From Planctomycetota bacterium (GTDB taxonomy: Bacteria > Planctomycetota > Phycisphaerae > Phycisphaerales > UBA1924), in contig JBCBSM010000002.1 in the NCBI GenBank assembly GCA_039819165.1, forward strand, positions 453,426 through 517,425: DNA of 64,000 nt, written 5' to 3'. The first letter of the stretch is position 1. Each line of letters starts with the position of its first letter. Below the pieces are notes generated by a model. It was not told where the DNA came from, did not search any database, and saw nothing but the letters and a program-made list of their open reading frames with translations. Shown here piece after piece: positions 27,491 through 34,996 of this stretch. Made by a program: the position numbers and the translations under genes.

Positions 27491-28069
27491 CTATTCTCGT
27501 GCGTCCAGTCGTTCGCGCAGCCACGCCATTCCGTACTCGACATGCTGGCGGACACGGTGCAAGGTGACCCCCATCAACTCGGCGGTCTCGCGGAGGGAGC
27601 GACCCGCCAGCTGATGGAGCTCGACTGCTCGGGCGGCGTCCGGGTCCGTCGCTCGCAACGCATCCATGCCATCGCGGAGATCCGTGGCGGCGATACGCGT
27701 GCTCGATTGGTCCGCCAGTTCGACAAGCATCTCGCGTCTTCGCCCATGCCCTCGCTTTACCGTCGCGTGCCTCCGAGCTTCTTCGACGAACACGTCGTGC
27801 ATAGCGCGACCCAGTAAAAAGAAGAAGTGGGCCCTATCTTCCACGCAGGGTTGGTCTCGACCCAGTAGTCGAACGCACGCCATATTGACCAATTCAGTCC
27901 CGCGGAGCACGTCAATACCGACCCCCTTTGATGTCAGCAGGGACTGGGCAGCCCGCCGAAGCTCACCCTCAACGCGGTAGAAGAGCTGATCTTCAGCACC
28001 TGGTTCACCGGCACGAGCTGCCTGGATCAACCGTGTCACGGTACCATCTGGATCCGTGCGGTTCTTCAT
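27491..28069 (-). CDS. ECF-type RNA polymerase sigma factor (PF07638-like)
   Basis: N-terminus VTRLIQAARAGEPGAEDQLFYRVEGELRRAA and C-terminal HTH LAGRSLRETAELMGVTLHRVRQHVEYGMAWLRE. Lies 65 nt upstream of the kinase gene on the same strand. Confidence 0.8.
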   Translation of the reverse strand: MKNRTDPDGTVTRLIQAARAGEPGAEDQLFYRVEGELRRAAQSLLTSKGVGIDVLRGTELVNMACVRLLGRDQPCVEDRAHFFFLLGRAMHDVFVEEARRHATVKRGHGRRREMLVELADQSSTRIAATDLRDGMDALRATDPDAARAVELHQLAGRSLRETAELMGVTLHRVRQHVEYGMAWLRERLDARE

Positions 28070-28174
28070 CGCAGAAATTCCTCATTTTTTTCAGCATGCG
28101 CACACACTCTAGGTGCGTTTGCGGTAGTCGTGCGACAGCACTCTCTCCGCAAGCACGACGAACGAGGCATTCCC

Positions 28175-28711
28175 ATGAGAAACTCCCTACTGCTCGGCTT
28201 GTACAGCGTCACGTTTCTCTGTAGCTGCGCCGGCTACAAGATTAGCCCACTCGCCCCTGATCAGCTCGACGAATGGGGCAACGACCAGGACGACGGATAC
28301 ATTTTCTACGAGCCAGAACTTTTCTTGATCGCTCGCATGAGATCTGAGTCGATCCAGAAGTTAGAGGACAATTTGGAGACTCAAGACAAATCCCTTCTTC
28401 TGGATACGTACGAGCTAGAGGTCATCTATCTCCCCGATTACTCTCGCCCTTACCGCTTCTCTCAGTACGAGTTTTTTGCAAAATCAGAACTAAAAATAAC
28501 ATTTGAGAATGGCTGGATGTTCACCGGCGCAGAATCCAAGACCGATACGACCGCGATCCTCGATCTCTTGGCCGCGGCACTGCAAGCGGCTCCTTTCACG
28601 GATCGAGGCGCGGATGTCCCGACCGTGATGATGTTCCGCATTCACATCACAAGCCGGTCGATCGAGCTCACGCCGGTGTCGATCAACATCACGCAGGATC
28701 CGGACGCCTGA
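28175..28711 (+). CDS. putative lipoprotein
   Basis: ATG at 28175 and a signal/lipobox-like MRNSLLLGLYSVTFLCSCAG. Low GC. Divergent from the ECF sigma gene. Confidence 0.5.
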   Translation: MRNSLLLGLYSVTFLCSCAGYKISPLAPDQLDEWGNDQDDGYIFYEPELFLIARMRSESIQKLEDNLETQDKSLLLDTYELEVIYLPDYSRPYRFSQYEFFAKSELKITFENGWMFTGAESKTDTTAILDLLAAALQAAPFTDRGADVPTVMMFRIHITSRSIELTPVSINITQDPDA

Positions 28712-28807
28712 GCACCCAGGTAACCAACTCGGCCTGTGGCGGACGCCGCATCGGGCGGCGTTGTTGCCTCACGCCCAACCCGCAATGCACACAACAGGAG
28801 CAACGGC

Positions 28808-29218
28808 ATGGCACGAATTACAGGAAGCAAGCTGAGCATCTCGGTTGACGTGGCGAATGCCATCGTCCAACTTGAGACCCGCGTCGAGTTCTCGGAGTTC
28901 GATCGGCGGACCGAGTTGCTCTATGAACTCGGTCACGCGCTGTATGGAGACGATACGCATGTTCGCCCCGCAGATCGGTGGGCGTTCGGCGATGATCCAA
29001 TCGACGACGATATTGGATCAGTCCGTTTTACGGCTGAGGGAGACACCGAGCGATGGATCCCGTTCGTCATCAAGGTCCCGCTCAGCAAGCTGGACGAAGA
29101 CCGGCCCAGGAACTCACCAGACGATATCCGTGCTCGGCTCAAGCTGACGCCACAGCTACCGCAGGTCCACACGTTCGAGTCGAACCTGGCGCAGCTTGAG
29201 GCGGGCCGGACAAGCTGA
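28808..29218 (+). CDS. hypothetical protein
   Basis: ATG at 28808 (MARITGSKLSISV), 136 aa, acidic, with no recognised motif. It is the last gene of the lower-GC block. Confidence 0.4.
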   Translation: MARITGSKLSISVDVANAIVQLETRVEFSEFDRRTELLYELGHALYGDDTHVRPADRWAFGDDPIDDDIGSVRFTAEGDTERWIPFVIKVPLSKLDEDRPRNSPDDIRARLKLTPQLPQVHTFESNLAQLEAGRTS

Positions 29219-29428
29219 CGCACATTGGCGCATGCACCATGCGTCACGTGAACCAGAATAGCTCCTTGCTAATCAGGGAGCTGTCGGCCGTTGATGAGTG
29301 GCAGTGACTTCGAGTGTGGCGCGACGCGCGCGACATGCCCTACAGGTTTCACCCGGATCTGTGCAACCCACCATCGCACCAAAGCTCCGCGGCGCGTAGC
29401 GGGCTGGTTGGCAGCCAGACGTCATCAC

Positions 29429-29701
29429 TCAGAGCAGATCCTCCAGATCGCTCCGTATGGAGCCGCTCGTCGTTTCCGGCGTCCTCAGCCGCCGCTCTTC
29501 CCAGGCGATGACGTCGCTGAGGCGGGCGTAGCGGACGCGGCCGCGTCGCTCGTAGGGCAGCTCGCCGGCTTCCATGGCTTCGATGACGCGTTCGCGTCGC
29601 ATCCGCTCCCGCTTTCGGATCTGCTCGACGCTGAGCCACACCGGCACCTCGGGCGGCTGGCTGGTCGTCGGCGTCGGATTGGGCGGCTTGCGGTGGGCCA
29701 T
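29429..29701 (-). CDS. excisionase-family/MerR-like HTH DNA-binding protein
   Basis: ATG at 29701. WLSVEQIRKRE...AMEAGELPYERRGRVRYARLSDVIAWEERR resembles the Xis/AlpA-type winged helix. Confidence 0.5.
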   Translation of the reverse strand: MAHRKPPNPTPTTSQPPEVPVWLSVEQIRKRERMRRERVIEAMEAGELPYERRGRVRYARLSDVIAWEERRLRTPETTSGSIRSDLEDLL

Positions 29702-29798
29702 TCGCCCGCGAGTGATGGCCCATCCAAGCCGGCCTCGACGCCCGAACGTCCACCGACGCACGGAGCGACCTTGCTCGGGATCGAGCGGATCCATAAAG

Positions 29799-30257
29799 CT
29801 ACTTGCGACGCGTCTGCTTCAGCGCCAGCAGCAGGAAGTCGGCCATGTCGTCGAGGTAGTCGGCCATGTCGAAGCGGTTGCCGTAGGACGGGCGCTCGAG
29901 GCTCGGCGCGCGGGCCGAGAGCCCCGCGAGTTCGTCCTGCGAGCGCACGGCGAGCGTCCAGAGCGCCCGCGTGACCTCGCTGGTGTTGATCTTGCAGCCG
30001 AGGTAGCCCGAGAGCGTCCGGGTGAAGCACTCGATGTCCTCGGCCTCCGACACAGAGAACCGCGCCTTGAGCTGCCGCGTGGCCTCGGGACGCCGCCGGC
30101 GGTGAACTCGACGCTCGTGCTCTACCGGTCTGTCGGACTCCGGCGACTCCACGTTCGCGTCACTTGGTGCACCTCGCGCGGGGACCACGCCAGCGATCGC
30201 CGCGACGTGATCGCGCTTGAGCGGGTTGGACACGAGGCGGTCACGCGGCCTGGCCAT
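29799..30257 (-). CDS. hypothetical protein downstream of parA (possible centromere-binding partner)
   Basis: Its start overlaps the parA stop by 17 nt. 152 aa with a basic N-terminal half. The functional call rests on position only. Confidence 0.35.
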   Translation of the reverse strand: MARPRDRLVSNPLKRDHVAAIAGVVPARGAPSDANVESPESDRPVEHERRVHRRRRPEATRQLKARFSVSEAEDIECFTRTLSGYLGCKINTSEVTRALWTLAVRSQDELAGLSARAPSLERPSYGNRFDMADYLDDMADFLLLALKQTRRK

Positions 30258-31104
30258 GCGCCCCCTCCCCCGCTCTCGCGACGTCGAGCCTCTCGAGGAG
30301 CTCGCGCGCCAGCCGGCGGTACTCCTCGGCCACCTTGTGGTCCGGCATCGCCTGCACGATCGTGCGGCCGCTCGCCTGCGCCTCCGGAACCTTGACGGAG
30401 CGGCTGATCCGCGTCTCGAAGTCGCCGAACGCGCCGGCGTCCCGGAACGTGTCCTCGACCCAGCCGATCACCTCCTTGGCCAGGTTGGTCTCTCGATTCA
30501 CGCAGGAGAGCACGACACCGAGCAGCCGCAGGTTCGCGTTGCTCAGCTCGCGGACGGTCTGGATGTCGCTCATCGCGTCGTTGAGCCCCTCGATCGCCAG
30601 CCGCTCGGGCGTCGCCGTCAGCAGGAACCACTCCGCGGCGTGGTACGCGGCCACCGTCGGCGTGCTGATGTTGGGGGCGGTATCGAGGAAGACGAAGTCC
30701 CACCGGCCCGAGCGGACGATCTTGTCGATCGGATGCCGCAGGCAGTCGTGGCGGCCGGCGATGCGGTACTTGCGCTGCAGCTCCGCGTCGATCCGCTCCA
30801 GCTCGCGGTTCGCCGGGATGAGCGAGACGTTGGCCGGCAGCTCGATCTCCTCGTCGGGATCGGTCGTGAGCGCTACGGCGATGGGATCCTCGTCGCCGAG
30901 CAGCACCTCGTAGCTGCCCTGGTAGCTGTCGGGCGGCACGCCCAGGCATCGGGTGGCGCCGCAGTTGGCGTCGAGGTCGATGATGAGCGATCGCCTGCCG
31001 AGCGTGCCCAGGGCGGCGGCGAGGTTCACCGTCGTCGTCGTCTTGCCCACGCCGCCCTTCTGGTTGCCGACGGCGATGATGGCTGTGTGTCGAGATCTGG
31101 TCAT
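30241..31104 (-). CDS. parA: ParA/Soj-family partition ATPase
   Basis: Deviant Walker A IAVGNQKGGVGKTTTTVNLAAALG, plus IIDLDANCG and VFLDTAPN. Confidence 0.9.
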   Translation of the reverse strand: MTRSRHTAIIAVGNQKGGVGKTTTTVNLAAALGTLGRRSLIIDLDANCGATRCLGVPPDSYQGSYEVLLGDEDPIAVALTTDPDEEIELPANVSLIPANRELERIDAELQRKYRIAGRHDCLRHPIDKIVRSGRWDFVFLDTAPNISTPTVAAYHAAEWFLLTATPERLAIEGLNDAMSDIQTVRELSNANLRLLGVVLSCVNRETNLAKEVIGWVEDTFRDAGAFGDFETRISRSVKVPEAQASGRTIVQAMPDHKVAEEYRRLARELLERLDVARAGEGAHGQAA

Positions 31105-31159
31105 AGGTTCTTATCCACAGTTGAGTTTCGTTGGGCGCCCCCTCTTCGGGCCCGGTCGT

Positions 31160-31520
31160 CTGGTCCCAAGCGAACCGGACCGATCGATGGAGACCTGTCG
31201 AGTGGCACCGATCGATTGGACCACGTCTGTGATGACGTGCTTCACGCGCCTCGTTGAGCGGGACCACTCGAATGGCGCCCATCGGGCGTTGCATCTACCA
31301 CATTGGCACGAGCGAGATGTTCCTGTCAACACTCGACTCTGAGCTTTCCACACGATTCGGGACCGGTCACCCCTAGCCGACCGGAACCAGTCAGTTGGTA
31401 CCAGTCTCTGTCGCCGTTCGACTGGTCCCGCACGACCTGCACCGGGCGTATGCGACCTCTCGAACGGCCCCACTCGTTCGGCCCTGGACATCTGGCCCCG
31501 GTCGTGAGGGACCAGTCGGT
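31160..31520. repeat. iteron/centromere-like repeat cluster, consensus GG(G/A/T)ACC(A/G)(G/C)TC
   Basis: Copies at 31260-31270 GGGACCACTCG, 31359-31369 GGGACCGGTCA, 31383-31393 GGAACCAGTCA, 31398-31408 GGTACCAGTCT, 31420-31429 GACTGGTCCC (inverted) and 31508-31518 GGGACCAGTCG. Weaker copies lie near 31177, 31204 and 31217. All fall in the 725-bp gap between parA and the Rep-like gene. Confidence 0.55.
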
Positions 31521-31829
31521 GAGATCGTTGTGCGATGGCGCGACGCCGGGCCGATTGACACATCGCCGCGACTCGCGCGACAGTGAGGCGTCACGCCCCA
31601 TGCCGGCCCGGCACGCGGGACGGAGCGGGGCCAACCACAACCATCGAGGCGCGGGCGTCGCGCCGCCACATGCGAAGACCGCCCCCAGAGAGAGCGGCCT
31701 GCTTGAGCCGAGTGCGGAGCACGGGGCCTGTATTGAACTGATCCTCCGAAGCTACCGCGATCCCGGCCCGCTGTCAATCCCGTCCGGATTGGCCGGTGGC
31801 TCGCCATGCCCGTGCAGAGAGGAGGCCGC

Positions 31830-33392
31830 ATGGCTACATCCACACAAGCAAGGACACCGCAACGCACGCACCAACAGAGCAAGGGCGTCTGGGTCGACCG
31901 CATCGCCGGGTCGTACCGCCCCATCGCCGTCCACCAGCTCGCCATGGCCTGGTGGTGCTACCACGCGAGGCACATCACCCGCCGCCAGTTCCGCATCTAC
32001 TTTGCGGCCCACGAGATGCACGAGCGGCGACGCTGCGGAGGGTCCGCAGCAAAGGGGACGCGGCCGCTGTACACCACGGCGGAGCTGCGAGCCCTCGTCG
32101 GCGGGCGTGGCTCGCCCTCGGCCGATCGCGAGCTCGAGGCAGATGCCCGGCGGCTGGCCCGACTGGGACTCGTCAGCCTCGGCGAACACGCCATCGACTT
32201 CGCCACGTCGATCGGCGACCTAGCGATCGAAGACGCCACCGATTTCGACGACATGCTGGAGCGACTGCCGCATCCGCGCCGGACGGTGCCGGTGCCGCGG
32301 CGGATCGTGCGTGCCATTGCCGGGGCATTCAGCCGGGGCGCCGCGGCCGTCGCCATCGCCACGCTCATCCGATCGCTGTTCTGGCACAAGGGGCAGGGGA
32401 GGTACCGCGTCGATGGCCGGACCACGCGCGAGTGGATCACGGACGTATTCGGGATCTCGCCGCGCACCGTCACCGAGGGCCGCGCGCAGCTAGTCGCGCT
32501 CGGCTGGCTGCGACCGCTCGAAACACCGCAGCACCTGCTGAACCGCTACGGCGCGCACGATGCGATCGATACTGAATGGACCATGCCAAGGGACGATGCA
32601 GCTCACGTCCCTGTGGATAGCTCCGTGGACAAAGCCGTGGAGGACTCAATGGAGCAGGGACAAGACGGAGGCAGATCCGCTAGCCCGACCGGGTCAATCC
32701 AGTGTGGATCCGCCAGCCCTGATCTAAACAGGTCCCTTCCTCTAGCGAGGAATCAAGCTACCAGGAGGCCCGCCCGCGAACGCGCAGGCCGTCCTGGTGC
32801 CTCGCTTGGATCAGCAGGAACTGGCAGGAGGACACTTCGAGGCCGGGCTTCGGACGCTCCGAACATCCGCAACATCCGGCCCGAGGATCTCCGCGACATC
32901 GACCGCCTACGCAGCCTGCACGAGCAAGCCCTCAAACTCGATCTTGCCCGCGCGAGCGACACCGAACGCCTCGACTTCCACGAATTCGCCGCCATGGCCG
33001 AGCGGGCCAAGACCCACGGCGAGCGGGCAGGGGCGCTGTTCTACTGGCTGCTGCGGGAGCGCAAGACCGCGTTCATCACCCAGGCCGAGGAGCATTCCGC
33101 CCTCGCCAGGCTCAAGGAGCACCGCTACGGCTCGCAGAAGAGGCGGGGTAGCCACGAGGGACCAACTGCGGGTGGTGCGGGAGCTGCACCGGATTCGGGC
33201 AGCATGTCCGACGAGGAGCGATTCGTGGTAGCCTGCATCCGCGTCGCGAAGCAGCAGCGGATCGAGGATCCGTTCCTGGTCGCTCGCGAGGGCAGGGGAT
33301 GGAGCAGGGAGGCCTGGGATGAAGCTTGCTTCGCCTTCCAGCAATCCCAGCTTGACCGCCAGAGAGCGGTAGAGGGCGAGCGGTGGATCTAA
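31830..33392 (+). CDS. hypothetical protein, possible replication initiator/winged-helix protein
   Basis: RBS GAGAGGAGG precedes the ATG at 31830. Lies next to the iteron-like repeats and divergent from parA. No motif recognised, so the function is positional inference. Confidence 0.4.
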   Translation: MATSTQARTPQRTHQQSKGVWVDRIAGSYRPIAVHQLAMAWWCYHARHITRRQFRIYFAAHEMHERRRCGGSAAKGTRPLYTTAELRALVGGRGSPSADRELEADARRLARLGLVSLGEHAIDFATSIGDLAIEDATDFDDMLERLPHPRRTVPVPRRIVRAIAGAFSRGAAAVAIATLIRSLFWHKGQGRYRVDGRTTREWITDVFGISPRTVTEGRAQLVALGWLRPLETPQHLLNRYGAHDAIDTEWTMPRDDAAHVPVDSSVDKAVEDSMEQGQDGGRSASPTGSIQCGSASPDLNRSLPLARNQATRRPARERAGRPGASLGSAGTGRRTLRGRASDAPNIRNIRPEDLRDIDRLRSLHEQALKLDLARASDTERLDFHEFAAMAERAKTHGERAGALFYWLLRERKTAFITQAEEHSALARLKEHRYGSQKRRGSHEGPTAGGAGAAPDSGSMSDEERFVVACIRVAKQQRIEDPFLVAREGRGWSREAWDEACFAFQQSQLDRQRAVEGERWI

Positions 33393-34786
33393 GAGCAGCC
33401 CACGTCGAACGCGTTCTGGAAGGCGAGGAAGTCGAACAGCGTGAGTTCGCCGTCACCGTCGAAGTCGGCGGAGGCGTCGCCATCCTGGAATGCGTTCTGG
33501 AAGGCGAGGAAGTCGAAGAGGGTGAGGCGACCGTCGGCGTCGAAATCGGCCCGGCAGACCAGGCAGTCCAGTTGGAATGCGTGCGCACTGCCGAGATCCG
33601 CGCCCTCGTAGCGAGAATCAGACCCAGCCATGACGAGCATTCCGCTCCCGAGCGCGACCGACTCCCCGATGTTGACCGGCACCAGATCGACGATCGATGG
33701 GGTGACGTAGGCGGCACGCAGCCAGTCGCCATCCGGGGCACGGCGAAAGACATGCGCGGCCCCATACAGTGCGTCTCGAGTTGAACCAACCGCGATGACG
33801 TCGCCATCAACTGCTACGCTGCTCCCGAAATACGCTCCTGGCCGCGGTTCGAGCGCCTCAAGTTCGGTTTGCAGTTCCCAGTTGTCGCCATCCCATCGAT
33901 ACACGAACGCTGCGCCTTCGCCTGCGAGCGGGTCCACTGTTCGTCGAGATAGATTGGCGCCGACGACCAGCGTGTCGCCATCGATTGCAACCGAGTACCC
34001 GAATCGGTGAAACTCGTCCGTTGTCGGCGGAAGCAGCTTTTGCGTGAAGACCGGCTCGTTGTCGCCATCGTACCGATACAGGTATACCGCCCCGTGCTCG
34101 GGGCCGAAGATGTCCTCGCCGAAAGCACCGATGACGATCCAAGTGTCGTCGATGTCCATGGCGTCGCCGAAATCGGAGCGCGCCGTCGGGCTATCGGGGG
34201 AGGTCAGCATGGCGGCCTTCTGCCACGCATCGCCGTCGAAGCGGAACACCATCACGGCCTCGCCGCCGTTGCCGAAGATCGCGCGGTCGCCCCAGATGGC
34301 GGCGTGCTCGCCCCAGGGGTACCGCCGGGGATCATTCGGCGGGAGCAACTGCGCTATCTGGGCCCAGCGTGTGCCATCGAACTCGAAGATGTACGCACCG
34401 CCCAGTTCGCCCGCGCCGTACGCCCCGATGATGGCCCGGTCCTCGTGCACATCGACCGCCGGGCCGAAACCACCCGTCCGCGGCTCGGCGATGTCGTCGG
34501 GGAAGATGAACTCCAGGAACACCCACTCGCCGAGATCTTCGTCGTAGGTGTAGGCGTAGGCCGCTCCCTTGCCGCAGAGCGGATCGCCGCCGCACCAGAC
34601 GTCGCTGGCCGGATCGCCCACGATCAGGTGCCGGCCGTGCATGCCGAGATCGAAGCCGAACTCACCCAGGCCGGGCTGGCGAACAGGATCGAGGAGCTGC
34701 TCGGGACAGGTCGGCTGGGCCGTGACGACTGTCGCGACCACCCCCCAGGCCACTAGCAGTGCTCCAACTCGTGCCGTGGTTGTCAT
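33389..34786 (-). CDS. secreted beta-propeller-like repeat protein with two C-terminal dockerin-like repeats ending Gly-Cys
   Basis: ATG at 34786 and signal peptide MTTTARVGALLVAWGVVATVVTAQ. Repeated '..GD..IVGA......GAAYVYR.DG..W' units. C-terminus is CRADFDADGRLTLFDFLAFQNAFQDGD..DFDGDGELTLFDFLAFQNAFDVGCS. Confidence 0.75.
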   Translation of the reverse strand: MTTTARVGALLVAWGVVATVVTAQPTCPEQLLDPVRQPGLGEFGFDLGMHGRHLIVGDPASDVWCGGDPLCGKGAAYAYTYDEDLGEWVFLEFIFPDDIAEPRTGGFGPAVDVHEDRAIIGAYGAGELGGAYIFEFDGTRWAQIAQLLPPNDPRRYPWGEHAAIWGDRAIFGNGGEAVMVFRFDGDAWQKAAMLTSPDSPTARSDFGDAMDIDDTWIVIGAFGEDIFGPEHGAVYLYRYDGDNEPVFTQKLLPPTTDEFHRFGYSVAIDGDTLVVGANLSRRTVDPLAGEGAAFVYRWDGDNWELQTELEALEPRPGAYFGSSVAVDGDVIAVGSTRDALYGAAHVFRRAPDGDWLRAAYVTPSIVDLVPVNIGESVALGSGMLVMAGSDSRYEGADLGSAHAFQLDCLVCRADFDADGRLTLFDFLAFQNAFQDGDASADFDGDGELTLFDFLAFQNAFDVGCS

Positions 34787-34996
34787 GGTCCAATTGTGGC
34801 AGCAAGGACGCGGTCGTGCAAGCGTCCATTCTCCGCTTGGCATATACGGCAACCCACACATATGGCAAACAGGGGCTTCTCGATCCGTTTCTCGTCGGCT
34901 GACCACACGGCGTTTCCTGATGTCCTATAAGTGATCGCTCCAATTGGTTCTCCCCAACAGAGCAGAACTTTGATCCAAGCGAAGGAGAGTGTATTT

